Shown: positions 1 to 14,224, counted from the first letter of the stretch. The stretch is DNA of 64,000 bases from Paragordius varius (GCA_964247055.1 OZ176055.1:6820001-6884000); one strand, 5' to 3'. Numbers and translations: made by a program. The notes: a model not told the origin generated them from the sequence alone.

Positions 1-559
1 TTTAAGGGTAAAATTAAAGCTAATTTTATATTTAAATTACATCTAACATTGATCGAAATAGAAAAAGCGGTTTATTTTGTATTATTTTTCAATTTTACCA
101 TTGCACACATGGCACGTTTACTAATTATTTTACCTTTCGATTTTAGCTTAAAATAAGTAATATCAAGTATTTTTGAGTATATTTTTTAACTTATTTCGGT
201 TTGTCAATGTTATATAAGTGCGAAATTTTGCCATGGTTTTGATTCCTTCCATACTCTTCGAAGAATTTAATTTTAAACAGGCCTGGGGTATTTAACTACC
301 CCAATTTGAATTAAAGGACCAAAATGAATGTGTTGTTTTCAAGTAATAGACTCAATTTTGTGATTTTATGATATGGAGCAACTACCAAAAAATGACAATA
401 ACTTTCGATCACTCTTAAAGTCAACAAAAAACAAAACCTGATATTTTTACACCCTCTTTTGTACATCGTGTTTAAAAAGATGGTGACCTCGATAAAAAAA
501 TATTTAATTTTTCTGAATGCCAAATTTTATTACTTTTTTGGAGGGGGACAAAGTGTTTT

Positions 560-990
560 AAATTCTTGAAGCCTTTTTATACCGTTTTTATGCCTCAAAA
601 TAATATAAGGTACGCTTCAATAAGATTTTGCAAAAAATTAATCATTTAAAAATTTATCTTAAAAAAAGTATTTTTAATTGATATGAAAATAAGCTTTTTC
701 GTGCGTCGACATTTTGACTTCATTTTAAGAGAACCAGCCCATTTTACAAGAGCAAAAAAATCTGCGACTTTCGCCCACAAAATAATAAAAATTTTAAAAA
801 TATTGAATTGCTATTTATATGTAGATGATGATATCTTTAGCGATATTTTTGGGATGAAGCATTTAAAACCAAAAAAGATTTTATCTAAAAATATGTGCGC
901 AATACAGCAAAAGTGTAAATATCTTTCTTATATTTCTTATTGCAGAAATCAAAAGTGCCATGAACATCCTGATACACTTTTCTTTTGTTA
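560..990. mobile_element. Single arm of the long-TIR foldback element family (cf. 49915-50880)
   Basis: Visibly similar to 32540-33140 and 50480-50880 (ataccgttt..tgcctcaaaa..cgcttcaa; aaaagtgtaaat..ctgatac); ends in (TA)n. Confidence 0.55.
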
Positions 991-1211
991 TATATATATA
1001 TATATTTATTACGATTTTTTATACCCCCCGATTTTGGACGCAGTGTTCTGGCATATTATATTTTTTAATTCACCATATAATTGAAATTTTATATTAAACT
1101 ATACTATAATACAGTAAATGCATATTTGTCATTTTCAAATCCATTTTTTATATATGAAATATGACAAATTTATATAAACAGATACCGAAAGTATTTTTAT
1201 GTAAACATCAC

Positions 1212-4200
1212 ATGTTACGCAATACCACACCGTGGTTATCGAAGGTAATTTTGGATTTATATATTAAGTATCAACACACATTAAAATGTACTCTATCTTC
1301 GACTTTTCAACAAAGAAGGGTATGCATTTTGTACTAAATATCATAGAGTTTTAGCAAACAGTATCCTGTTGTGGATCATACATATGACGCTTTAGTTGTA
1401 GGGGCTGGTGGTGCTGGACTTAGGGCAGCATTTGGTCTTGCCAGTTCTGGCTTTAAAACTGTTTGTATATCGAAACTTTTTCCGACACGGAGTCATACTG
1501 TAGCTGCTCAAGGGGGAATTAATGCGGCCCTAGGAAACATGGAACCCGATGATTGGAAATGGCACATGTAATTAATGTTTTTAACCATATTTTTGTTTTT
1601 AAGCCGTGGTCCTGACTATAATTTTTTGGATAAAGACCGTGCACCATATAATACCGAAGAGTATAGGGTATCTGGCACATATGCACATGTTTATACTTTA
1701 ACTAAGCGCATAAAAATAAATTAATTAGGTCCATGTGGCCTGTTGTCTGATGTTTCTCTACCATTAATTTACTCTCTTAAATTAATAACCAATTAAGAGT
1801 GCAGAGAGTTTTTTTACAATTTTTTAAGATCAAAACATATAAATTTAAAATATTTTAATTTTGCATTCAACCATTGTTTACACACATAGTTTAAGGGTAC
1901 AATATATTGTTTTTTCCAAAAAAATTATTTTACACACTTTGATTAGGTATGACACAGTTAAAGGTTCAGATTGGCTGGGAGATCAAGATGCAATCCAATA
2001 TATGACTGAACAAGCACCTCAAGCCGTCATTGAAGTATTTTATAATATTTTTTTATAATTATTTCGTTTTATGATAATAATTATATTTTTGTTCACCATT
2101 TGAAAAAAAATATACAACAGTATAAATTAATGTTTTCTTGTTTTTTCTAGTTAGAAAACTTTGGGATGCCTTTCAGTCGAACATCCGATGGTAAAATTTA
2201 TCAAAGAGGTTTTGGTGGACAATCCTACAATTATGGGAAGGGTGGTCAAGCGCATAGATGTTGTTGTGTGGCCGATAGAACGGGTCATTCATTATTACAT
2301 ACCCTTTATGGACAGGTTTTCAATTAAAAATATTGAATCTAAATATAAAATAGAATGCAGTACAATTATTAAAAGTTATAGATTAATCAGCATTTCCTTT
2401 ATATATATATATCCCTTTTTTGTAATTATAGCTAGAAATTTTAGATTATTTTTCTCAACAGTGCGTTTGCATCATTTTTTAATATAATTCTATTAAAAAT
2501 ATATTTAATTTATTCCTAAAAATTAACTTCCTTAGAAAATATTAAAATATCTAGAATGAGTTATTTTTAAAATTTTTCTTTAAATTTTGCCCTAAAATAT
2601 TGGCGTTTTATAAAAAAACACAATTATTGGATATCAATTTTCATGCATAAAAACAATTTTTTGATTTTAAAAATCACATAGGATGCTAATGACGATAGAT
2701 TTGGATATTGTGATCATTCGTAATGAATTCATCCCCTATCTTATATATTACATAAGACTATAAATAATGTTTTATATTGTAATTACATATCTCCCATTTT
2801 ATACTTGAATGTAAAAATTAAAATTATGAAGACAAAACGTGAGAGCTAAAAATCAAATATTTGTTTTATCAAGAGAACAACACTTTTTTAAATGTTGATT
2901 TGAATGTAACTTTTATTATTATAATTACTCAGAAATAGATTACATAGTCTGTTAACAATTTACACCTAAAGTCCTTATATTGTTCCCCAAAACAATGAAT
3001 GTTTTCTTAATTTTTGCGTCGTTTTGGCTTTATGATTTGAATAATTACATATAAACTCAATAATTCATTACATAATCACATTTATAGTCGCTCAGATACA
3101 ATACCCATTACTTGATTGAATATTTTGCGCTGGACCTTATAATGAATGATAGCGGGGATGAGTGTTTAGGTGTTATAGCGCTCAAACTCGAAGACGGAAG
3201 CCTGCATAGAATTCGAGCTCGAAACACTATTTTAGCAACGGGCGGGTTTGGTCGGGCCTATTTTTCATGTACTTCTGCACACACTTGTACAGGTTCGAAA
3301 TACAAATTTTTGGCCTTTTATGTGCTTTTACGTTTGCGTTTAATACGCATGGAGTGTTTTTTAGTGAGAGAAATCTTTTATAATTTCTTTTTACATTTTT
3401 TTGGCTTTTGCATCTTAGTTGGGTTTTGTTTAATAATGAGTTTTGAAACTAGTTTTTCCACACAAGCATCTGTTTACAAACTGCATATTTGGTAAATAAG
3501 ATTTTGTGGTAGAGTAAAGTAAAATTTTTATATTAAAGTTTAAATTTTAGTTATCATTGTTTGCCTAATGATATATTTCTATTGGCAATATAATTATTAT
3601 ACTGTGATATGACATTTTTGATGGCCATTTAGTTAACATTATTATATTTATGGAATAAAATATTTTGGTACTTTTAAGGTATCCAATTCACCCTTAAACA
3701 ATTCAAATTCACCCTCGAACGATTTAAATTCCTCCTAAAATAAATTATTGTTTATTAAGAATAAAAATTACGTATATTTTTTTATATTTTTAAAAAATAA
3801 ATTTTTGTTTGAAATTAATATAAGGCTGAAAAAATAATAAAGTTTGCTGTGAAAATATATTTTATATTTATGATGAGTTATATTAGCCCGAAAACACATA
3901 ATTTATTTTTAGGGTGAATTTGAATTGCTTTAAGGTGAATTGGAATTGTAAATGGTATAATATGAAATTTAATTTTTTTATATATACATATATTTGTTCT
4001 TTCGTAACTGAAAGGTGATGGAAATGGTATGGTAGCTCGTGCCGGTCTACCCAATCAAGATATGGAATTTGTTCAGTTTCATCCAACGGGCATTTACAGT
4101 GCAGGTTGTCTCATTAGTGAAGGCGTTCGGGGGGAAGGTATACATTAAAATCAAAATTATTGGTTGAAAACATATATATACCTTTTAAAACAACAGACTT

Positions 4201-7200
4201 ATTTTATAAAAGGGAATGGTATTTTTGTTTTTATATCCCTAAAGGAGGTTAATATTTGGTTAAAGTCAAAAAACATTATACTATGATCTTATAGTATATT
4301 AAAATATAGAAGATACATCTCACATTATTTAGCAGCAAATTTTTTGGGTCATTGAGATTGGAATGAATGTGTTTAATTATGACATGAAATCATGAATTAT
4401 TTTAATTGTTCATTTTTAATTATATATATATATATATATATTGTACTTTAAAAAATAATTAATACCCTTCTTTTTATCATATAATATGTTAAATAACCCT
4501 TTTCTTTTATCATTTAGGCGGTTATTTAATTAATTCGCTTGGAGAACGGTTTATGCCTAAATATGCACCTAAAGCGCAGGATTTAGCCTCCAGAGATGTT
4601 GTTTCACGCGCTATTACTATTGAAATAAGAGAGGGAAGGTATATTTTTTGTTTGTTGTTTTAGTTTTGATTCATATCATCCGAACATTGATAATTAAAAT
4701 GTAATCGCTATTTTGCCTTATATTTATCGAAATCCTTTGGACAAAATCATTAAAAAAGCAGTTTTTTCAACATTTTTGATCATTTTAATATCGATTGAAA
4801 CGTGGTATATAGATAAATATATTACCAAATACAATTTGTAATTAATTTTATCCTCATCCCAAATTTTAACATTTATATTATGCCAATAAATATTTTTTTC
4901 AATCTTATATATTAAATCAAATTATTATTATTATGTGATAGAGGGTGCGGACCTGATAAAGATCATGTATACCTTCAACTATCACATTTACCAGAGGAGA
5001 TTATCAAAACACGGCTACCAGGTATCAGTGAAACAGCTCAAATTTTTGCGGGTGTCGATACCACAAAAGAGCCCATACCTGTCTTACCTACTGTCCATTA
5101 TAATATGGGTATTACCTTTTTTTACCAAAAAATAAACTGATAGTTTGATTTTAAAATCATAAAATATTATATGCGTGTCATACTAATTAAAATATCGACT
5201 AAGATATTTAACTGGAACTGTTAATGCATTTTTTTGTAATGCACCTGTAAAATATATACTCTGCAATGACCTGTGTTGTTGTATATGATGAAAAGATAGT
5301 TTTTGAATCTTTAAACCTTTGGAATAGTATAGTAGATGTTATCCACTAGATTTTTGGCGAATTTTCATTTCAAAAGATTACTAACCCAAAATGAATAGTT
5401 TTAATGTAATGGTTTTAGCGAAAAATTTTTGTTCCTGTTTCTCATATAATTTATCAAATAAATTTAGGCGAAATTTTTGATATATGTCACTATATATCAA
5501 TGGATAATAAATCATAATAGATAAAAAATATTTCTTATAACCATTGCAGTAAATTTAGCCAACATTTAATTGGATATAAATATAAATAAGATATTATATT
5601 TTCAGTAATGAAAGCTATAATAGGCCATTTCCCTATTTTAAATGACTAAAATGGGATTTATTCATGTATGTAGCCATGTATGAGATTTTAATTTTATTAG
5701 TTACATATTCAATTTAACACTATATACATTTCCACAACTTAAAATCAAACTTGTCAAAACGGAAAATCCCTTACATGGCTGACATATAAATCAAATCCCA
5801 TTTTAGCCACATCTTTAAAATACCAAAATGGCGCCTATAAAAATAGCTCTCTCTTTACAGTGTTGTTTTTCTTATATAATCATTTCTTTATATTAAAACA
5901 ATAGGTGGTATACCAACAAATTGGCGTGGTCAAGTTATAACCTGTTCACGGCATAATGCGAATAATGAGCACAATGGCAGCCAAAACTTAAACGTAAAAG
6001 AAGACAGGGTAGTACAAGGCCTTTGGGCCGCCGGAGAATGTGCTAGCACGAGCGTTCATGGGGCCAATAGGTTAGGGGCGAATTCTTTGTTGGATCTTGT
6101 TGTGTTTGGACGTGCTATTGCACTCCATATCACGGAACAGGACAGGCCCGGGGCTAAAATTACACCCTTTAAAGATGTAACATTACATAATTATATATAT
6201 ATATATATACATATACCATTTACGATTCAAATTCACCCTAAAATAAATTATGAAATTTTAGTCTAATATAACTCATCATTATAATTAAATATATTATTAT
6301 GGCAAAGTTTATTATTTTTTCAGTATTATTTTGATTTGATTACATACAAAGTTTCTTTTTTAAGAATATAAATAGGTAATTTTTAATCTTAAAAAATACA
6401 TAATTTATTTTAGGGTGAATTTGAATTGTTCGAAGGTGAATTTGAATTGTTCAAGGGTAAATTTGAATTGTTCAAGGGTGAACTTGAATTGTTTAAGGGT
6501 GAATTTGAACTGTAAATGGTATCTATAACGATTAATTTATTTTAAGCTCTCGCTTACAAGGACATGTATATTGTCACATACGCAAAAGCAATCATTTATC
6601 GTGTAAATTGGTTTTAATGGAATCTAATTATAATAACAATTGATAAAGTTTGCTAGGATATAATTTTTGGATAAAAGAGTTATACCATTATTTTTTGTTT
6701 TAATTCTATCACTTGATAAATATATGTTTGAAGTTTTTGAATGGTATAATCCGTCAGTTCCTATCCTTATTGGCGACTGATTTAACACTAAAAACTACAG
6801 GTTTGTTAAATCACATAGCAACATTGTTTGTATCTCGTATTGATTAAGCCTAATAAGCCCCGAAACTATTACAACAAATTATGTTCTGCTATAAATTTTA
6901 ATTATTAAAATTCTTCTAAACACTTAATATATACTTTTTTGGTATATATCTATATATATTTTTTCAGAATGCTGGCGAACATTCTATTGCTGAATTGGAT
7001 AAATTATTACAAACGGCGTATATTTCCCCCAATACCTCATTTAAATCATCGGGTAAAACCAATGGCAACCCAAATAAGGCCAACGAAGAATACATTAGTC
7101 CGGCTGAATTGAGACTTAAAATGCAAAAAGTTATGCAAGAATATGCCGCGGTTTTCCGAACGGAAGAAACATTGAAAAAGGGCTGTGAATTAATTCAACA

Positions 7201-8592
7201 ATGTTATCAGGATATGGATAGGCTTAAGGTAATATATATATTTAATATGTGATATATGGTGTTTAATTTTTGTTAGTTTCAATTATTTATTTCATATCTC
7301 ATTTTTTATAGGTTTAGATGTATGTATATTGAATATTGAAGTTTGTCTTTATTAACTTTTAATGCAATATAATCATGCAGGGAAAATTCTAGCATATGCA
7401 ATATTTTAAAACAATTTGTTCTATCTTGATGTATTATATAACCAAAACCAATCTATTGGTTGTCGAAAATATTATAATTATCATATTTATGAAATAAATA
7501 GTTGACGGATAAAGGACTTATTTGGAACACGGACCTAATTGAAGCGATTGAACTCAAAAACTTGCTGGTGACAGCTTGTCAAACTATGTTTAGTGCTGAA
7601 GCCAGGAAGGAAAGTAGGGGTGCTCATGCCAGAGAAGATTTTTCAGTAAAAATTTTTTTTTCTAAATTTATATGAAAATACTTTATTTTGGTGATGTACT
7701 GAAAGAAATTATACTTAAGTAATATAGAAAAAAAATTATAAAAATTTTGAAAAATTAAATATACTAAAGCGGGCAGTATGGATGGCATAACATTATGTTT
7801 AATTCTTACGCTCAATATATATACATATATATATTTTAATCATATAATATACTAAACCACTAATAATAAATTTAAACAAGGATATTTTTTCTACATTTTT
7901 TGAGAGAATGGAAATCTTTTTTTAAATTTGAATGAACTTTTTTATTGTAATCCTTTTTGGAAACATTTGTAATAGTTGTTTTCTGGTCTAATGATAATAC
8001 ATATGTCAAATACTAGTGTGAGCATATACGTATTCTGACCTTGTAATTATCTGGTATTATATTGTGTTTAGAAACGTGTGGATGAATACGATTATTCCAA
8101 ACCTATTGAAGGTCAACACAAAATACCTATAGAACAGCATTGGAGAAAACATACATTGGCTTTTATGAATTCTGATGGAAGTGTAATAACATAACCAAAA
8201 TTTCTTTTTTCATTTATTTATATTATTAAAATTTAGATTTACCCGTTATGTTCTATCGTTGAAAATTTTATTTATATTTAGTGTCGAATCTAAATTATTA
8301 AGATAAAACAGAAAAGCCAAAATAATATTTTAAAAACAAAACTATCGTATTGTTTTGGTTTAGTTTAGTAAAAATTTAATGATTGCAATCAATTAAGTTA
8401 GTCAGAAAAAATCAGATCAAAATAATTATGATAATAATCTTTAAGTTTTCACGTTTTGTCTTTATATTTTGATTTTCACTGTATGACATTTATTTATTTT
8501 TTTCATAGGTTGATTTACGATACCGACCGGTAACAGATCAAACATTAGATGAGGATATACCATCAATACCACCCGCAATCCGTTCATATTAA
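1212..8592 (+). CDS. SDHA: Succinate dehydrogenase flavoprotein subunit, 14 exons, 681 aa
   Basis: Exons 1212-1244, 1269-1319, 1347-1567, 1947-2034, 2151-2315, 3088-3292, 4015-4137, 4518-4638, 4942-5108, 5905-6176, 6968-7228, 7502-7645, 8072-8182, 8509-8592. All introns GT-AG, phases consistent, total 2046 nt. Motifs: [19 protein letters not shown] (FAD-His), [35 protein letters not shown]-terminal PPAIRSY. The N-terminus resembles a mitochondrial presequence; exons 1-2 are less certain. Confidence 0.96.
3680..3957. mobile_element. MITE family A copy in SDHA intron 6 (left end degenerate)
   Basis: 21-bp AACAATTCAAATTCACCCT-type repeats; right TIR ..GTAAATGGTA. Confidence 0.75.
5621..5836. 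mobile_element. Small foldback/MITE in SDHA intron 9
   Basis: Imperfect inverted repeats of about 65 bp (taggccattt..ctaaaatgggattt..agccatgta and its reverse complement). Confidence 0.5.
6214..6521. mobile_element. MITE family A copy in SDHA intron 10
   Basis: TACCATTTAC..GTAAATGGTA termini, 21-bp subterminal repeats, TA-rich flanks. Confidence 0.85.
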
Positions 8593-8686
8593 TATGTCTT
8601 TTTTTGGATTGTTTGATTTTATAAAAAATTATGAGTAATTTTGGCAATCATAATAAGGACACTAAAATTAAACTGAATAGAGAATG

Positions 8687-8717
<31 letters not shown>

Positions 8718-9476
8718 AAATATAACTTAAACGCACACACATAAATTGATAACCAATACATTGCATATATTTTTAGATTTCAATGCATTTTACATTTGTA
8801 TCTTGTTTGTTTGCTATTTTTCTATGTTTCCCAAAACATATCTTTTATTTTAATAATAAAAGAGTTATGTAATGACCTTTTCCTATAAATAATTTAAATA
8901 TTTGTATTTTAAAGTTTATCATCTGTGCAGGAAAGAGAAAAAAGTTTAACTTTTAAATTCCAAAATTTTTTGACAAAAAAACGCGATCGATATAATAAAG
9001 AGTAACAGTTAATAAGTGGACAAATATATTTTTTATTCTGATTCTGGCAAGCAAAAAGACATGCTTCGATTTTAATGTTATTATTTTAAATCAATTGTCA
9101 AATCCATTAATATTGATTCTATTTTATTATCCATTAATCTTGATATAGTCATAAAGGACATTAAAAGTGATTGTTTTATTGATTAGTTGTCGGAAATATT
9201 TTGCATACATTAAGGTTGTATCAAATGCGACAGTATGTTTTGATTAAAAATAATGAAAGATTGATTACATGGATATTCCAAATAATATATCGATACTTGA
9301 TATAATTTTTATGTTTTTATCCATTTTTTATCGCAATCAATGATTTAACCATTCAAAAATTTACGCATTTTATCCAGGGAAACAAGGGTAGATATAATCT
9401 AATAATTATTAATCATCTTGTTCTATATCTAACTGTAACCAATAAAATTTTTATAATATATGAACGATGATATACA

Positions 9477-10841
9477 ATGACCAACACCAAGGTAGAAAAT
9501 CCAAAATTTAAACTATCATGTGCCATATACCAAGCTTTAGCCATTGGACTCATGTTTGTCATTTCAGGCGTTATTATGGCCATTTTAGGATACTATACGC
9601 CTCTGAGTAAGTTTGGGGCCAATTATATCTTTTCGTTTTTTGGTAAGGCCAATTCAAATGCCAAATATAATAATTCTACATATCTGGTTCGCGGTTATCA
9701 TCATACAAAATTTATACCATACGACAAAGGTATTGTTAACAAGCCCCTGAATAAATATAAAAATGGTCATCAATTTTCATTTAATAATAATATTACCAAT
9801 GATTATTTAAACAACAGATCATCATTATCAACTACCATAATAATAGGAAAAGAGGAAAGTTTTACCAACCAAAATGGTTATCTGGAAAAAAACACCAAGA
9901 AACACTATAATCCTTATTCAACAGCACCAATATCTTTTATTGGTTCACGCCTAGGGTTTGGGGGAGTTAAACCGCCCAAATCCCATTTTATTGCCCAAAA
10001 AGATAAGTATGCCGAAGCCATTAAGAAAGTTAACAAAGAGCTTGCTGCCAACTCACACATTCAAAGGTATGAAATGCGTTTAACGGTACTTTCATACGCC
10101 GGACCTTGTTTCATGGGCATAGGTTGTATTATACTTGTTATCGTGTATGTTTTAGCCTTTGAGAGTCGGGACCGATATTTGAAATCTAAACTTATGTTTG
10201 GGCAAAGTCAAAGCCTTAATCTATCTTCCTTGTACAGTTATACGCGAAAAAGTACACAAGATGTGCACAACAACGTTACATCATCATTGCGTCAAACAGA
10301 ATTATCACCGACAACCGAAGGGAAAAATAAGAGAAAACAGAGATTTTTCGATGACCATCAATTACTGTATATGGATAAATGTTTACAAAAATCATCAAAA
10401 CACGAATTAAATGCAGAAATTATTAAAAAGGATGGTGGTCAAATGTGTTTGACAGGTGCGTCGAAACCTACACCATTCCTTATTTCGCCAATTACGACAT
10501 CAGAACAATCACGCAAAACTGATAAAGCTTATCCACAAAAACACATCATGACTGCAAAATCAAGCCCCTCAAACAATATCCAATTGTCATCACCTTTGAC
10601 TTCTTTCAATAGTACCTCTTCTCCCCTTATGTTAAGTAATACTAGTCGATCAAATAGCCATGATAAAGTGTATGGAAAGGAAAACGTGTCCTTTACCATT
10701 TCACAATCGACCAAAACGCCCAGGTCATCTAACCAAACGGATTATCATTCAACTGCTTCGCAACAAAGTAATTTACCGACAACGTCTTATACCTACAACA
10801 ACAATAGTAATGATTATAATTATGGCCAAAAAATGCAATAA
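9477..10841 (+). CDS. TMEM200-like (DUF2371) two-TM protein, intronless, 454 aa, Ser/Thr/Asn-rich tail
   Basis: Long uninterrupted ORF. TM1 AIGLMFVISGVIMAILGYY and TM2 GPCFMGIGCIILVIVYVLAFESRD match the recalled TMEM200 motifs (..MAVLGYWP; GPFTMGIG..HENRD). Confidence 0.75.
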   Translation: MTNTKVENPKFKLSCAIYQALAIGLMFVISGVIMAILGYYTPLSKFGANYIFSFFGKANSNAKYNNSTYLVRGYHHTKFIPYDKGIVNKPLNKYKNGHQFSFNNNITNDYLNNRSSLSTTIIIGKEESFTNQNGYLEKNTKKHYNPYSTAPISFIGSRLGFGGVKPPKSHFIAQKDKYAEAIKKVNKELAANSHIQRYEMRLTVLSYAGPCFMGIGCIILVIVYVLAFESRDRYLKSKLMFGQSQSLNLSSLYSYTRKSTQDVHNNVTSSLRQTELSPTTEGKNKRKQRFFDDHQLLYMDKCLQKSSKHELNAEIIKKDGGQMCLTGASKPTPFLISPITTSEQSRKTDKAYPQKHIMTAKSSPSNNIQLSSPLTSFNSTSSPLMLSNTSRSNSHDKVYGKENVSFTISQSTKTPRSSNQTDYHSTASQQSNLPTTSYTYNNNSNDYNYGQKMQ

Positions 10842-11112
10842 AAATTGAAATTATACAGACAAAATATAGAAATGAAAAGACAAATATTTTTTTGTAAAAA
10901 ATGACAACAAACTTTTAAATCTTAATTTTCTCACATAAATTATTATTACAACTTTGAATCATATAATTGTATGTATTTACAATTAACTATCTTTTCCAAA
11001 CCCAAAACGATGTGTTATATAATAAACAAACAAGTTTTATAAGAAATGGTTATCTTTAAAAAACTTGTCGTTTAGTTTCTAAGTCTTGTCTGTAAAATTT
11101 CGATTTTTACTG
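10836..11112. mobile_element. MITE family B (TIR CAGTAAAAATTGAAATTATAC), overlapping the TMEM200-like stop codon
   Basis: Left end CAATAAAAATTGAAATTATAC, right end ..TTTCGATTTTTACTG followed by TA. Similar to 16295-16560 and to the end at 58372. Confidence 0.6.
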
Positions 11113-11702
11113 TAAATTCCATAATATATATTAAAAATTAAATCAGATATTTAATAAAAGAATTAGCCTATTAAACCATAAATTTTTGTAAAATAATAAT
11201 CAGCAACCTTATTATAAATATTATTACATATAGGTACATACTTAAGCCAAAATATGGTAGATAACTTTAGTTAGATCGATGTAGGTGTAGTTTGTTATTA
11301 ATACGCTAACGGAACTAAAAAAGATTATAAAATCGATAATAATGATAATACAATATTAATTATTTTTAACAAACACACAATGCGCTCGATTCATTGATTT
11401 TTATGATTGCTATTATTGTTAAAACGCGATTGTCAAAAGCGAAGCAAATAATAATTGGTTAGTTTTTTTGGTTTGTTACAAAGAAAATTCTTTCCAAAAC
11501 ACTTTTGTATCAAAAATATTGGTTATATTTATATAAATATGAAAAATTAATTATCTTATGCTGCTACAAGGACACAAATTCGTTTTGGCCGGTGTAGATT
11601 GAGGATATTAAGTTGCGGTTTGAAAAAAAAATTAAAAATATATTCATATAATATTGAATTTTATTTCTGATGTTTCATATTTTAACAAATTTAGCGATAT
11701 TA

Positions 11703-11976
11703 TACCATTTACAATTCGAGTTCCCCCTTAAATAAATTATGTGTTTTCGAACTAATATAACTCATCATTAAAAAGAAATATATTTTTATGGCATAGTTTA
11801 TTATTTTTTTATGTTATATTAATTTTAAACGTAATTTCATTTTTTAAAAATATAGGTAATTTTTAATCTTAAAAAATACATAATTTATATTAGGGTAAAT
11901 TTGAATTGTTCAAGGGTTATGAATAGTTCAAGGGTGAATTTGAACTGTTTGGGGTGATTTTGAACTGTAAATGGTA
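11703..11976. mobile_element. MITE family A copy
   Basis: Both TIRs present, flanked by TA on each side. Confidence 0.85.
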
Positions 11977-12653
11977 TACCACTTTAAAAATGTTATTATA
12001 TGGGTCCATTACAAATATAAAGGCCTTCGGGGAAATCTGCCATGGACCCTTAATATAGTCATATATTTGTATTATTGGGTCCGTTAACCTTTTGTGGGGG
12101 GGGGATTAAGAGGCACAGAGATCACTTAAAAAAGTGTGGGCAATAAAACCTTTTGTGAAAGTACTCATTTGATCTTACAACTGCATAAGTTGTCAGCCCA
12201 TAGGTGTTAAATCGATCAGTTAAATAAAATTATATATATAACATTTTTTCGGTGAAAAACAACATTTTTCAACCAAACGCAACAGTTGTTTTAAGCAAAA
12301 ATATTTTTTTTAAATTAAGACAAACTTTTTTATTTTGTGACAATTTATTAATAAGTATATAATAATTAAAAGTTAATGATATTATATATTGTAATTTGGG
12401 CCCATCTAGGATTCCAAAAACAACAGTAAATATATTACACCATGCTATCATGAAAAAAATTTTATAACCCTCTTTTGTCCACAGTAATAATATGTTTTCA
12501 ATTTGTAGGATAAACTTTTAAATATTGGAGGTTTTAATATTTTAAGTAAAAATCCATAAAAATATTAACATTTAAAAAAAATTAAATTTTTTGTTATATA
12601 TATATATATATATGTATATATAAATACTAAAAACTTCAATATTTGAAAATATA

Positions 12654-12870
12654 TCATTTACAGCTCGAATTCACCCTAAATAAATTATGTGTTTTTTAGA
12701 TAAAAAATTACCTATATTATTTTTTTATTTTTAATAATAAAATTCCGTTTACAATTTAAATTATACTCAAAAATAATAAACTATGCTATAATGATATATT
12801 TCATATAATGATGAGTTATATTAGCCTGAGAACACATGATTTTTTAGGTTAATTTGAATTGTAAATGGAT
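12654..12870. mobile_element. MITE family A copy (degenerate, inverted)
   Basis: CATTTACAG..AATTCACCCTAAA..GAATTGTAAATGG plus the shared internal sequence. Confidence 0.7.
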
Positions 12871-13549
12871 TATATTGTTTATAGATGAAAATAAAATTTA
12901 AATAAATTACTCAATATAATATATAAAACAATATGGGTAAAATTGAAATATTGGATATCTTTGTTCCATTAATTATTGATATTAAAACAATATAAATCAT
13001 AATTCAGCGCTAAAATTTAATTAATCATTAATTTTAAATTAGAATACTTATTTATAAATTGTCATAAAATAAAAAAGATTGTGTTTAGTCTAAGAAAAGT
13101 TGTTTTTTTTGGTTGAAAAAGTTTTTGACTGAAAAATGGTATATTATAATATTACAAAAAGCACTTATATTTTTATGATATTTTTGGGGGTAACGAGTAA
13201 TTACGTAAACATCGGTATTATTTAAAACTTTAAGCCAAATAATACCATAAAATAAAAATTACTCAACAACCTATAAATATTAATAGCTCCAAAATCAATT
13301 TGAATCCGCCAATATCTTTGAAATGAAGCAAAAATACAAAAGGGTAAAGCTTTGATAAGACATATTAATATCGAAAAAAACAATATGTGTTTTATAATCA
13401 TAATAAAATTATGTTTTAAATCACCGAGAAAATAAGCCCGATAAAATATTGAATGTATTTAAATGACGGCAAATCAAATATCTATCATGAGGAAAGGAAA
13501 TAAATTATGTAGTGAAGGTGTATTGTATTAGGTACACACGACATCTGAT

Positions 13550-13940
13550 TAAAAAGATGGTCCTGTCAAAGTCACAACGTTTAAAGTAAGTCCGAATCGG
13601 GAAAAATAAATGGCTAAATATCTGTATCCATGACCTTTAAGAAAAATTTAAATGAATCCTCTAATTAAATTCAATCGATATTTTTAATTTTATAATATTG
13701 ATTATTACAGTCAATTCAAAAAAAATTATTTGAGCACATAGAGGGCTTTAATGCCTATAAAGCAGTGTTTTTATGTGAAGGCGTAGTTAACGATTAAGGA
13801 ATTCCATTTGAAAATCGGAAAAGTAGGCTGATGAAAGTAAGCTAATTTTATAAGGTCAGTAGGGCAATATTAAAGGGAGTCCACTGTATTACACTTCATT
13901 TTGCTCGGCACAGAAATGCGACCATTAGTGATTATATTTA
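13550..13940 (+). mobile_element. Probable hAT-type transposase relic
   Basis: One frame from 13711 with two TAA stops reads LFEHIEGFNA..*GIPFEN..*..LKGVHCITLH, resembling the GIPLEN and HCxxH motifs of hAT/ZNF862-like transposases. Confidence 0.35.
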
Positions 13941-14224
13941 AATTTAACTATCATTTAATGTCTTCAATATTTTTAAGGGATTTATTTTTCCCTTTGAATG
14001 TAAATTCGACCTTCTTGAAAAAATCTAAATCAATAAAAAGCTTCATGACACCATTATACCCTTTATTTCAACTTTTAAATTCAAATTCAACTGTAAATAA
14101 CAATATAAAACTTTCAACCTAATAATTCAAGCATACATAATTTATATATCGAAATGCTACATAATCAAACTACACACGGTTACATATAATTTGTACATTA
14201 AATGTCCAGGAAAGATAACTATAT

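Noticed and set aside
311-1084. ORFs 311-523 and 683-1084 as genes
   Set aside because: Low-complexity F/I/K/Y-rich translations, and the second lies over a repeat arm; no family motifs.
13837-13854. Candidate 18-nt intron (gtaagctaattttataag) in a possible plus-strand gene
   Set aside because: The flanks are in one frame with scattered TAA stops and resemble a hAT transposase relic; no coherent start or gene model was found.
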